A stretch of 64,000 nucleotides of DNA. It comes from Emiliania huxleyi CCMP1516. Lineage: Eukaryota. This document shows positions 24,827 to 37,261 of this stretch, one piece after another. Position 1 is the stretch's first letter; each line of letters begins with the position of its first letter. The notes under the pieces were generated by a model. The model saw nothing but the letters and a program-made list of their open reading frames with translations. It was not told the origin of the DNA and ran no database searches. The stretch spans positions 775,833-839,832 of the forward strand of contig NW_005201092.1 in assembly GCF_000372725.1 (NCBI RefSeq), in the 5' to 3' direction. Both the position numbers and the translations under genes were made by a program.

Positions 24827-26381
24827 ATGCCGCACTGCTCGGCGGTCCACGCGCATACGCAGGCGCGATGCCCAGCATCGGACAGCTCTCCTACCATTTT
24901 GCGCTCAAGACCGGTCGCATCGGTATCGCCGCCGCGCCGTTCGTGCTCACGTGGGCCGCTGCTCGCTGTCCTTCTGAGATTGAGTCTCGTTGCGGGCGCG
25001 ATCTCCTGCGAGCTTTGCATCGACCATCCTCGCGCACAGGTGCCTGCCTTTGGCTCCACCAACTGGACGACGGTGTCTCAGCATGCCGCTCGCATCATCC
25101 GTCGCTGCCATCGCAACCCATCGACGGACTGTGAGGGCGTAGAGGCGGTATTGCTCTACCTCTGGAGGCAGTCTCCGGCTGAAAGTCCGTTTGGAGACAC
25201 CGTGCTCGAGGTGCGTAAGGTCGCAGAGATCTCGGGGCGGTCACGCGTAGATCTCGGCTCTAGAGACCTCTGCAAGATCTCTGCTAGATCCCGGCTGACG
25301 AGTCGATAATATCGGCTAGATGGGCGGGCTCGACGGCCATGCAAGCTCTGAGTCGCTGGTGCTCAAGCAGTTGGCCGGGCACCGCCTCCTCTCACTGTGG
25401 CCAGATCCCGGCTTATCTCGGGATGATCTCTTGGTGTTTTGGGGTGCAGTTACCGCCGACTCCTCATCGAAGCCAACCCGCGCTGGCGGGCTGCTCGTCT
25501 GGCGCGCAGCCCCGACGCAATTGGCGTCACGGCAGCAGGCGCCACGCCACGGCCGTCAGATACACTGCCGTCCACTCTCGGGCTACGAAGGGGCTGACTC
25601 TGGGACCCGCTCGCCCGCTCTGCAGTCTGTGAGCGAGCGCAAAAGGTGCACTACGTGGTCCCTGGCGTGGCACCAGGAATCGCGCGCCGGCACACCGGCC
25701 GAAACCTGGAGCTTATGGGGGGCATCGCGGAGCTGCAGCCGGAGGCGATGGTGCGCAAGAACGCACCGCTGGCAGCTGCTTTGCAGGAGGCGCGAGGCGA
25801 CTGGGCGTCCGTCAACTGGACGAAGCTTGGCGTCCCCAACCCCCCCCCCCCCTCCCTCCCTCCTCCTGCAACCCGTGATCAGCCATCGCTGTTGACGGAC
25901 AGGCACCACGATGTACGTGCACCCGGTGGCCTGCCGTCCGCTCGCGGCCATCCTCGACGCTGTGGGGGTGCACACATTTGCCCTCGGCATCCTGGACGTA
26001 GAGGGGGCGGAGCTCGCCGTCCTGCGTGCGGTGGATTGGGAGCGAGTCCGCTTTGGTATCCTCGTCATTGAGGCGGACTCGCCTTACGGCACGCGCGAAC
26101 ACGCGTACAAGGCGCAAGTCACCGCGCTGATGGGATCTACCGGGCAGTACAGGCTGCTCTACCAGCGCGGACGCAATTTGTGGTTTGCGCACCGCAGCCT
26201 TGTCGCGCACGCGCGCTCCCCCGCCGATTTGCGCGCGGCATACGCGGCGAAGGCGCTCAGGAAGTGCGTCGGCGCGTGCGACCCCGCGGTGCAGCGGGCA
26301 GGGGGGCTGGTCGACACTGCCACGGGCTGGACATATGGTGAGACAGGGCAGCGCTGGGTATTCAGCGGAGGTGGGGTGTGA
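24827..26381 (+). CDS. FkbM-family (Methyltransf_21) SAM methyltransferase, about 4 introns
   Basis: Spliced reading VLE|MGGLDG..SES..G|YRRLLIEANP..VACRPLAAIL..ILDVEGAELAVLRAVDW..ILVIE. Confidence 0.75.
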
Positions 26382-26570
26382 CATGCCCTAGAGTGCATGC
26401 CAGACGTGCGAGTGAGTGCGAGTGCGGATGGCTCGCCCCCCCCCCCCCCCTCAGCCCTCTCTACAGGTTGCGACGCACCTGTCAGTGTGAGTTTTTTGAG
26501 AGAGAGAGAGATTTTTAGCAATACCAAACAACTCTAACACTCACACGTCATTTGGGGCCTGGAGCCCTGT

Positions 26571-26930
26571 TCACGCGCGCGCGAGACGTGCAGACAGGGT
26601 TGCCAGGTGAGAGCGAATGGCGCGGTTCACGCCTCGCACAACAGAGAGAGAGATGCGCTCTGCATGGTGGGACATAAAAGAGAGCGAGTACTTGGGCGAG
26701 TAGGCCGTGCGGTCGACGCTGCCGCGCGCGACTTTGCGCGCGAGGCGGCGCAGCTTGAGAACGGCGGTGGGCGAGAAGCCGCCGCCGAACGTCTCGTGGA
26801 GCAGCAGGTTGAAGTTGTTGCGCTTGACAAAGATCGCGTCGTGGTAGAAACCGCGATGCGCCTTGACGTAGCCGTGGCCGTTCTTGTGGTCGAAGGGTTG
26901 GCCGGGTTGCCCGCGCGCCTTGCAGCCCAT
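26571..26930 (-). mobile_element. 5'-truncated 3' end of a CRE-like non-LTR retrotransposon
   Basis: GCKARG..PFDHKNGHGYVK..YHDAIFVK..HETFGG..DRTAY..HHAERIS aligns with the 2600-3729 relic. (TC)n tract downstream. Confidence 0.6.
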
Positions 26931-27378
26931 GTTTAGGCGGCGGGCCTTCTCTTCGGTGTTGCCGTGAGAGCACCTTCTTGAGAGTTTTAAACGGGGGAAA
27001 CGGCTTAACCCCTATCCCTGGCTGATCATCACAGTGATGACCAGGGTTTCTGTGCCCGGGCGACGGCTTCCTCTGAACACAGAAGAAAGCGAAGGCGCAC
27101 CAGGCCCCAGCCAGTTTTTAGTGGTCCAAGTCACCGCATCGAAAAAAAGAAAGAAAGAAAACAGACCAGGCAGGGAGGGATGGGAGGACGGCACGCCGCC
27201 ACCACACAGGGATTTTAGGGGAGAAGTGTGGTGCTAGCCGTCGCCCACCCTCGGGCGTCTACCTCTTCACCGCATCGACAGTCGGGACACGGCTTTCCCG
27301 CGGATTTTTCTGCAAGACGGCTCGGTGCGACACCGGCGCGAGAGCCGGCGCGAGAGCGCGCGAGAGAGGAGCGCTCCC

Positions 27379-28075
27379 ATGCCGCCGACGCAGAACAAGG
27401 AGAAGAAGCAGAGTGGTGGCGCGCAGAGCGCTGTCGCGCAGAAGAAGCAGAAGACCGGCACGCTGTCATACCAAGGACGACTACTTCAAGCGCCTCGAGG
27501 CGGAGCAGGAGAAGCACAAGTGCGTCGGCTCCATGCTCATTGTGGGCGTCGACAGCGGTGGCTCCGACGACGAGAGCGAGCCGGACGAGGAGCCAGAGTA
27601 CACGGCGGAGCAGATCTTGCAGCTGCGCCACATCCTGATCACAGAGGCGCGTGCCAAGGCGCTCGAGAAGGCCGACGACTTCTGCTCCTGCGGCCAATCT
27701 GCCGGCGGCTTCGCCATGTTCAACACGAGCGACGGAAACCAAATCTGCGCTGGCATCCCCAAGGAGGTGCAAGCGGCGCTCAAGAAGAAGACGCTGCCCG
27801 AACGCTTCGACGCGCTCTTCGCGCTGACACACGGGCTGAAGAACTACGACTTTTGGATGAACGACAATGAGTGCTGGGAACCGGGACAGGAGCTGGAGAA
27901 GGCGATCAAGACGCTCGGCAAGGCGTGGCGCGACATGCTCAAGAATTCGGACGCGCTGCTCGGCATTGACGGTGAGTTCACGCGGCCCGGCATCGAGGCG
28001 CTCCTGAGCCAGCTCCAGGACGACTTCGCGTCTTGCGAGCCGACTGCGGACTACCCGTTCAAGTGGCGCGCGTGA
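27379..28075 (+). CDS. Hypothetical protein with a frameshift near 27466 (pseudogene or sequence error)
   Basis: MPPTQNKEKK..TGTL changes frame into KDDYFKRLE..FKWRA. Strong coding codon bias. Confidence 0.55.
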
Positions 28076-28239
28076 GCGCGGCGCGCTTCATGTATGTACC
28101 ACGCCCCGTGCGCGCCTGACGTCCATCGGCTCGCCGGCCGCCTCTACAGGCCGCCTCACGCACACTACTACACTGCCCTGACTCGGGTGCAAAGCCACTC
28201 CCCACACACGGGCGGGACGCGTATCAGAAGCCGCCCTCT

Positions 28240-28690
28240 GAATCGACGAAATGTATGTCGAAACACATGCACTTCTTGGGCGTTCGTACGTCTTTTTACT
28301 ACCTCAGCCACGCGCTCGTAGTCATGATCCTCGAGCTCGACAGGATCATGACCATCCATGATCTGTTGAGATCTCGCTCCCCAAAAGAAGCGGCGCCTCG
28401 AGCTGCAGCAGCTCGAAGCCGTCTTTCTCGAGAGTAGGCTTCGACTTTCGCCCGTTGAGTATTGTCATCTCTTTCCCTCCATCACCCAGGTACTCGATTG
28501 ACCCCACCATGGAGTCCTGCAGGATGATAGCCTCCGGCTTGAGACTGCCATCTCCGGTGCCGCAAATCGGCGGTGCACTTCCCACCTGACTGGATTTTGT
28601 GAACGCATCGCCTTGATTGATATCGCTTTGATCGCTGTCTCCTTGTAAGAGAACGTCGATCAAAATCGGCGCGTTTACGGCTTTCGCTTT
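28240..28690 (-). pseudogene. AsaB/CmcJ-like oxidoreductase N-terminal fragment, frameshifted
   Basis: MTILNGR..TLEKDGFEL then, after a frameshift near 28390, YERVAEVVKRRTNAQEVHVFRHTFR. Confidence 0.55.
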
Positions 28691-29040
28691 GCTGGGGGGG
28701 GGGGGGGGGGGAGGCGGCTTGTCAGATTGTCAGCCTCATCAGCCCCAAATCGGAGGCTCAAACCACTTTGCGACTGGCGAGGTACTCCCACGCCTCTCGG
28801 GGTTTTTGTCTGGCCGAGTCAACCCGAGATGCTGGGGCGAGCCTCGGCGAGACTGCGTCAGCTGTTCCCACAGCAGGCTGGAAGTACCTCGCCAGCTTTG
28901 CGAATAAAAAGAAAACGGCTCATAAATGCCAGCAGAAAGGCCGCTCCTGTAAGGCCGGAACGCGTGCCGAACGCGTGCGTTTCTGCAGTCGCTCCGCCAA
29001 GCAACGCGTGCGCTTCTGTAGTCGCTCCGGCAGCCAAAAG

Positions 29041-32000
29041 ATGCCCCTGCGTTGGCACCCTTTACGTTCGAGGACGCCACCTGCGAAACGCAACAGCTGC
29101 GACGCCACCACGTTGGCCGAGCAACGTCTTGATGCAGCGGTCGACGCATTCATCGCATCAAACCCCACCATCCCACTGCCGGCCCTCATACGGGCGCTGC
29201 AGAAGCGCTGCGCCAGCAGCGGAGTCGTGAAACCCAATCTCAGCAAGCAAAACGGCTCGTGGACGGCGGAGGGCTGGCTGGCCTCCATCGACCTCGAATG
29301 TGCCATCTCTGGGTGCCTCCTCGGCGTCGACGGCGACGGCACGGAGGACGAGCTCGCAGCGTGCCGCTCGCTCGGCCTCGCGCTCGATTCTGAGGCAGCG
29401 CTCGCTGCACGGCTGCGCGCGGCGGGCCTCGAGAGCAAGGTTGCGCGCATCCTGTACCCTGAGCTCTCCGCGCTCTCCAGGGGAGGCGCGAGCGCGCCGG
29501 GCGGCGCCGACCTGCAGGCAAAGTTCGCCGGCGCCGTCGAGCTATCGTACGCGAGCATCACCGACTTCCACAAAGGCCTCGAGGGCCGAATCGGCGCGCC
29601 GCACCCGAGCGTCGCTGAGGCGATGCGGGCGGAGCACACGCAGGCGGCGGACTCGCGCGAGCCCTTCACGACGCCGAACTACGGCGTCCACACCACTAGC
29701 GAAGAGGAGTGGCTCTTTGTGCTCGAGGCCGCTGAGGGCCTGACGCGCCTCGGCCGTGACGCCTACGCCGAGGAGAGCGAGTCGATGCTGCCTGACCGCG
29801 AGCGTTGCCGCCGCCCGAAGCCACTCGCCGAAGTGCTCGTTGAGATGGGCGCCTTCAACGCGCGGCTTCTGGCGCTCGGCGAGCCGGAGCTCATCCGGCA
29901 GGAGGTGGTCGCGGCGCGCCTCTACACCGGCCCGCTCTTTGTCAAGTACAACGGCGTGCTGCGCGGGCTCAACGCCGAGTCGCAGTACCTACGCGGCGAG
30001 ATGATCCGGCTCTGCTGCTCCGGCGACGTCGCGGCGCGGTACAAGGCGGGCGAGACGTCATTCGAGGCGGCGCTTGGCACGATGAACAAGTACACGACGA
30101 CAATTCACGCAATCAATTCGTGCATCGTCAAAAGCGCAAAGCTCACGGCGGCGAGCAAGATCTACCGCGGCATCGCTGGTATGGCGCTGCCACCCGGATT
30201 CTGGACAGCTAACGAGTTTGGCGTGCGCGGCGGCGTAGAGCGGGCCTTCCTCTCGACGACCACCGACAGGTCGGTCGCGATGGGCTATGCGGCGGGAGAG
30301 GGGGCCAACTATGGCCTCGTCTTCGAGATCCAGCAGGGCATGGTCGACCGCGGCGCGGACATTTCGTGGCTGAGCCAGTACCCGCACGAGAGGGAGACGC
30401 TGTTTGGGCCATTGACCGGGCTAGAGGTGCAGGGCACGCGAGTCGACGGCAGTGTGGTGGTCATTGAGGCGCGCCTCTCGGTCAATCTCAACGCGCTGAC
30501 GATCGAGCAGGTGATCTCGAAGCTGCAGCGCTCGCACGTGGGCCTGCTCGAGGGCATGGCCGACGAGCTGCGCTTCTCCGGCGCGCCACAAGCCGTGCTC
30601 GACCCTCTCGACGCGCTCAAGGCCAAAGCGCAAGTGCGTGGACGCGAGTTCTTCAACGACGCGAGCCTCTTCAAGCAGGCGACGACCGAGGCGCTCGAGA
30701 CGCGCGAGGCGGCGCTTGACCTCCTTGGCAAGCGCTCGACGTGGGCGCGGGTGGAGGGGGCGCCACAGGCGGTCGCCAAGGCGATGCGCCAGTGCGCGGA
30801 GCTGCTTGCCGAGAAGGAGCTGCACGAGGCGGCGGCGCTGCTGCTGGTCCTCGCAGTGGAGCGCTGCCCGGTCCCAAGGGAGGTCGCGGAGCGTGTCGAC
30901 GAGGTGTGCAGACAGAAGCTGCTCGTGCCCAGCAAGCTGCACCGCAGCGGCCTCGAGGCGTTCGACCATTTTCTCTTCACTCAGCTGGGCGGGCGCAACG
31001 TCAACAAGCAGCCGTGGCCGCTCACCGTCCGCATGCTCGTCAAGCACTTCACGGGCGACGCGAAGGGCGATCAGATCGCCAAGGCCATCTGCCGCAGGCG
31101 CGACGTCGACGGCGGCGTGGCGCAGGTTCAGCCCTTTGAGCGCGCGGCCTCCGCCGCTGCGCGCAAGGGAAGCGCACTGCTGCACGCGGCCTCGATGGGC
31201 GATGTTCAGGCCATTCAGGAGGCGTTGGCTATGAGTGGCGAGGCTGCGGTCAACCAGACCGTCGCGCACGGCGTGACGCCTCTCATGCTGGCCGCTCGTG
31301 TCGGCGCGGCAGACTGTGTGGAACTGCTCCTTGCGGCAAAGGCGGACGCGACGCTCAAAGAGTGCCGCAAAGGCCTTGGGCGAAGTATGAGCCGACACCA
31401 ATCCCATGGCATCGATGCCCTCGCGTTAGCGGCTGTATGCAAGGGCGACGAGGGCGTGCGCTGCGTCGACGCCCTGCTTGCGGCCAATGCGGACCCGAAC
31501 TCGCAGAGCCAGCCGCTGATCTACGCGGCAAGGCTCGGACACAACACCGAGGTGCGCAGCGTCTTGTCATTGCTGCGCGCGGGCGCCAACGTCAACGCGT
31601 ACGACGCGCATGGCAAGACGGCCCTCATGTATTGCGCGCTGAATTCGCACGGCGGACTCACCAAGGCGCTGCTGGAGGATGCGGAGCCGACCATCACCGG
31701 CGCGCCACTATCACCGTCGAAGACTTCTATCGACGTCCACTGGCGGAAGCCAGGCCAGCTCGGCCCTGATCTTGAGCTGCAAGACGCGGACGGCTGTACG
31801 GCACTCATGCTCGGCTCCAGCTCGATTAACCAAGTCGACCTGCTACTGCGAGCGGGCGCGGACCCCAATCACGCGGTCACGCGCAGCCCCAACCACGCGG
31901 GCATGCTCGGCGTCGGCGTCGGCACACGCCACAGCCTAATGGGATACACCCCCCTTATCAGCGCGGCCGAGGGAGGCCACGCTCGTTCCGTGGCGGCGCT

Positions 32001-32826
32001 GCTGGCGGCGGGCGCCGAAGTGAACGCATTCGCCAAAGTAGACGTGGACGCCACCATCGGGTACACGGCCCTCATGGCGGGGGCGGGCTCCGGCGACGTT
32101 TCTGTCGTGCAGCAGCTTCTCGCCGCCGGCTCGGCCGTCGACGCAGTGGATTCTGGCGGCAGCACGGCGATGGTCCGTTGCGTGCTCGCTGGGCACACGC
32201 GGGTAGTGGAGTTGCTCACGGCGGCTGGCGCGAAGGATTGGGATTTGATGCGCGACGGCGTGCCGCGGCGGCAGTGGAAGTTCAATCTGCGCGGCGCAGC
32301 CGGCGGCTTGGGCGCGACCCTCACGGCGCTGCCAGAGTCGATCGGCGAGTGCCTCGCCCTTGAGCGCCTAACCCTCGACGGCTGCGCAAAGCTCCTCACG
32401 CTGCCGCGGGCGATCCGCTGCTGCCTGGCATTGCGCGCACTCTCGCTGAAGGGGTGCACCGCGCTGACCTCGCTGCCTGCGTCGCTGCCGAAGCTCGAGT
32501 CGCTCGACCTGACGGATTGCGTCAGCCTCGAGGCCCTTCCCGAGTGCTTGCTCCGTCGTGCGGAGGGGCCGGTGGAGAGCCTCACCCTCCTCGGATGCAG
32601 CAAGGTGCTGGTCGAGCTCGAGCAGGACGAGGCTGGCGGTGGTGTTGCGTCGACGAGCGTTGTCGCCGCCGGGAACAAGGGAGCGGTGCGGCTGATGGTG
32701 GAGTCGGAGGGAGGGGCTGTCGAGGCTGTCGACGCCGCTCCGTACTTGGAAAAGATGTCAGGGTGGCTTGTGGACAATGGGCAACGGAGCATGCTACTAG
32801 AGCCGTCTTCTATGGGTGAGGAGTGA
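29041..32826 (+). CDS. Intronless mono-ADP-ribosyltransferase (R-S-E class) + ankyrin repeats + LRR protein, ~1260 aa
   Basis: RLYTGP..IYRG (30160)..FLSTT (30253)..SQYPHERE (30388). Multiple TPLMLAA/TALM/TPLISAA ankyrin repeats. LPESIGECLALERLTLDGC-type LRRs. Confidence 0.85.
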   Translation: MPLRWHPLRSRTPPAKRNSCDATTLAEQRLDAAVDAFIASNPTIPLPALIRALQKRCASSGVVKPNLSKQNGSWTAEGWLASIDLECAISGCLLGVDGDGTEDELAACRSLGLALDSEAALAARLRAAGLESKVARILYPELSALSRGGASAPGGADLQAKFAGAVELSYASITDFHKGLEGRIGAPHPSVAEAMRAEHTQAADSREPFTTPNYGVHTTSEEEWLFVLEAAEGLTRLGRDAYAEESESMLPDRERCRRPKPLAEVLVEMGAFNARLLALGEPELIRQEVVAARLYTGPLFVKYNGVLRGLNAESQYLRGEMIRLCCSGDVAARYKAGETSFEAALGTMNKYTTTIHAINSCIVKSAKLTAASKIYRGIAGMALPPGFWTANEFGVRGGVERAFLSTTTDRSVAMGYAAGEGANYGLVFEIQQGMVDRGADISWLSQYPHERETLFGPLTGLEVQGTRVDGSVVVIEARLSVNLNALTIEQVISKLQRSHVGLLEGMADELRFSGAPQAVLDPLDALKAKAQVRGREFFNDASLFKQATTEALETREAALDLLGKRSTWARVEGAPQAVAKAMRQCAELLAEKELHEAAALLLVLAVERCPVPREVAERVDEVCRQKLLVPSKLHRSGLEAFDHFLFTQLGGRNVNKQPWPLTVRMLVKHFTGDAKGDQIAKAICRRRDVDGGVAQVQPFERAASAAARKGSALLHAASMGDVQAIQEALAMSGEAAVNQTVAHGVTPLMLAARVGAADCVELLLAAKADATLKECRKGLGRSMSRHQSHGIDALALAAVCKGDEGVRCVDALLAANADPNSQSQPLIYAARLGHNTEVRSVLSLLRAGANVNAYDAHGKTALMYCALNSHGGLTKALLEDAEPTITGAPLSPSKTSIDVHWRKPGQLGPDLELQDADGCTALMLGSSSINQVDLLLRAGADPNHAVTRSPNHAGMLGVGVGTRHSLMGYTPLISAAEGGHARSVAALLAAGAEVNAFAKVDVDATIGYTALMAGAGSGDVSVVQQLLAAGSAVDAVDSGGSTAMVRCVLAGHTRVVELLTAAGAKDWDLMRDGVPRRQWKFNLRGAAGGLGATLTALPESIGECLALERLTLDGCAKLLTLPRAIRCCLALRALSLKGCTALTSLPASLPKLESLDLTDCVSLEALPECLLRRAEGPVESLTLLGCSKVLVELEQDEAGGGVASTSVVAAGNKGAVRLMVESEGGAVEAVDAAPYLEKMSGWLVDNGQRSMLLEPSSMGEE

Positions 32827-33431
32827 GAGCGTGTGTGAGCATTGTTTCCCCTAGAAAAGAAAATGAAAGCCGACTACGTAATGAAAAAAGAAAATGGTCT
32901 TCAGCCTCGTTGCCGTGGTCTCCGCCCGGATCCTCCCGCTTGCCGCCTCGAGGCGGCAGGCGGCGGCAGCAGGATCCTCTCGCGAAGCGCTGCTCGTATG
33001 AGCATGCAGCATCACCCGTGGGCACGCGCCAGTCGCCAGTCGCCAGGACGCAGGAGCTGTGCCGCGCGCGCCGAGCTCCCGCTTGTCCATCTCTCTATGA
33101 GAGGTTGAGGTGCGAGAGCCCTGGAGCTGCAGCTGGAGCTGTGTGTGTGGAGGCTCAGGCAGCGGTTGGACGTCCCCCCCCCCCCCTGCAGAATATATGA
33201 AACCATTCAAGATTCATGAGGCCTGACGGGACGGAGGCAGCAGGCACGAGCGCCGCGCGAGTCGGCGCGACGTAGAATTAAGAATAGAACTTTACAACAA
33301 AATTCCCTCGCACAACCCACTGGCACGGGACTGGCGCGCACTGGCACTAACACAGGTACTCCACGGGAGCCGCCTAAGCGACTCCCGCGAGAATAGAACA
33401 TTGTGACCGGCAGTGAGCGAGCTCCACGATC

Positions 33432-35021
<1,590 letters not shown>

Positions 35022-35400
35022 GTGGCCTTTGGTACTGAGCGAACGATACAGTGCAGTGACCGACCGTAGTGCTGTCAGCAGTGCTGGTCAGCAGAGCGGC
35101 CAGGGCAGAGCGCCGACATTGATGACCTTCACAGTGCCTCCCAACCCCACGCCCATATGAAGTACAGTTTGTTGCAGCGAGAATCGGCGAGAGACTGCGA
35201 AGAGAGATAGGAAGAGGCGGATGCCCAAGGGTGGGCGACGGCTAGCGCACCACACCCCTCTCCTTAAAATCCCTGTGTGGTGGCGGCGTGTCGTCCTCCC
35301 ATCCCTCCCTTGGGTTGTCCATTTTCGTTCTTTCTTTCTTTCCATCGCGTGAGTTTGGACATCAGCCGGGGTCCTTGGTCCTCCCTCGATTTTTTTCGCG

Positions 35401-36828
35401 ATGTCCACCCCGTCGCGCCGCCGCTCGCGCCGCCTCGCCTCCGCCTCCTCCGCCGCCCCCTCGCCGAGCACGCCGCCTCCCGCCCGCCTCCTCGACCTCC
35501 CCACGGAGCTCCTCTTGCGCGCCCTCTCTCGCTGCGACCCCGCCGACATCGCCCGCGTCGCGGCCGTCTCGCTGCTCTTCCACGCCTCGCTTGCGCTGGA
35601 GGGCATCCGCTTGTGGGCGCGAGAGCGCGGCTTCGAGCTGCCGGCGCAGCCGGAGGGCGAGGGCTGCGCCGTGCGGTGGCTGTGCTTCGCGGCGCTGCTG
35701 CGCGAGTCCAACCCGCCGGCGAGGGCGGCGGCAGGCCGGCACCACAGCGTCTTCATCGACGGCGAGGGGCGGCTCTCGTCGTGCGGAAAGGTTGAGAGCT
35801 GGACGCCAGGACTGCTCGGGCACGGCGAGGGCGTGACGCGGCTCAACACGCCGACCCGCCTCCCTTCCCCGCTGGGTGGCGAGCGCGCTGTGAGCGTGTC
35901 GGCGTGTGAGCTGCACAACCTCGCCCTCGCCGCCGACGGCTCTCTCTGGAGCTGGGGCGCAGGAGACGTCGGCAAGCTGGGCCACGGCGACGAGCAGAAC
36001 CAGCTGCTACCCAAGAAGATCGAGGCCTTCGCTGATCAGCGCGCCATCGCTGTGTCGGCTGCAGGCTTCCACAGCCTCGCCCTCACCGCCGACGGAGAGG
36101 TCTGGAGCTGGGGCGGTGGAGCCTCAGGCCAGCTGGGCCACGGCGACGGGCAGCACCAGCTGCTGCCCAAGAAGATCGAGGCCTTTGCTGGGCAGCGCGT
36201 CGTCGCTGTGTCGGCTGGGGAGTACCACAACCTTGCCACCACCGCCGACGGCGCCCTCTGGAGCTGGGGTGCAGGCTACTCGGGCATGCTGGGCCACGGC
36301 GACCGGCAGCGCCAGCTGCTGCCCATGAAGGTCGAGGCGTTAGCTGGGCAGCGCGTCGTCGCCGTGTCGGCGGGATTCTTTCACAGCCTTGCCCTCACCG
36401 CCGACAGCGCCCTCTGGAGCTGGGGCGGGGGAGGCGAAGGCCAGCTGGGCCACGGCGACCGGCAGACCCACTGGCAGCCGAAGAAGATCGAGGCCTTTCC
36501 TGGGCAGCGCGTCGTCGCTGTGTCGGCTGGATGGGCTCACAACCTCGCCATCACCGCTGACGGTGCCGTGTGGAGCTGGGGCTATGGAGCCTGCGGCAAG
36601 CTGGGCCACGGCGACGAGCAGGACCAGCTGCTGCCCAAGAAGATCGAGGCTTTGGCTGGCCAGCACGTCGTCGCTGTGTCGGCTGGGGTCGACCACAGCC
36701 TCGCCATCACCGCCGACGGCGACGTCTTCACCTGGGGCGCGGGCGAGAGCGGCTGCCTAGGCCACGGAGAGGACCTGTCAAACCAGCTGCTGCCCAAGAA
36801 GATCGAGATGTGGGCGCCGGGGCAGTGA
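35401..36828 (+). CDS. F-box-like + 7-bladed RCC1-repeat protein, copy 1
   Basis: LLDLPTELLLRALS..DIARVAAVS, then 52-aa repeats HSLALTADG..WSWG.G..G.LGHGD. Confidence 0.9.
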   Translation: MSTPSRRRSRRLASASSAAPSPSTPPPARLLDLPTELLLRALSRCDPADIARVAAVSLLFHASLALEGIRLWARERGFELPAQPEGEGCAVRWLCFAALLRESNPPARAAAGRHHSVFIDGEGRLSSCGKVESWTPGLLGHGEGVTRLNTPTRLPSPLGGERAVSVSACELHNLALAADGSLWSWGAGDVGKLGHGDEQNQLLPKKIEAFADQRAIAVSAAGFHSLALTADGEVWSWGGGASGQLGHGDGQHQLLPKKIEAFAGQRVVAVSAGEYHNLATTADGALWSWGAGYSGMLGHGDRQRQLLPMKVEALAGQRVVAVSAGFFHSLALTADSALWSWGGGGEGQLGHGDRQTHWQPKKIEAFPGQRVVAVSAGWAHNLAITADGAVWSWGYGACGKLGHGDEQDQLLPKKIEALAGQHVVAVSAGVDHSLAITADGDVFTWGAGESGCLGHGEDLSNQLLPKKIEMWAPGQ

Positions 36829-37261
36829 GAAGCCGCGCAGATGGACAAGGAGGGGATGCTCAGGCTTCTCGCGGCGTCTCAACGAGGAGAGGATTCGGTT
36901 CGGCGTCACGGCGGGGCCGAGCCCGAGAGACACTGTCACTGAGTTCTGGGCATCGGCATGCGTTTTGCGGAGCTCGGCATTCATCACCCAGTGGCTCGGC
37001 CGTCAATCCGAGAGATTTTTAGCAATCCGTCAAAAAGTGAAGTCAGGACACGATTTGACCCCGGGGAGGTCACACTCTCTTGGGAGTGATGAGGTTGTAG
37101 GGGCGAGGTGGACCGGAGGCGGGCGATATGTGCTTTGTGAATTAATAAAAACACATATCGCCCCCGGGGAGGGATGCTCAACCGCTCCACGCCACGCCGC
37201 TTGCGGCGGTCCTACATGTATTCCCAGCTCCGCTGAGAGCCCGCGTTATTCCAAGACATTA

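Noticed and set aside
24610..27268. Inverted repeat copies bracketing the FkbM gene as a Pack-type transposon
   Set aside because: No shared TSD at the outer ends, the left copy is truncated, and the right copy has its own flanking direct repeat.
28768..29040. N-terminal extension of the ART ORF
   Set aside because: Non-ATG start running through a non-coding-like direct repeat (28970-29030); ATG 29041 preferred.
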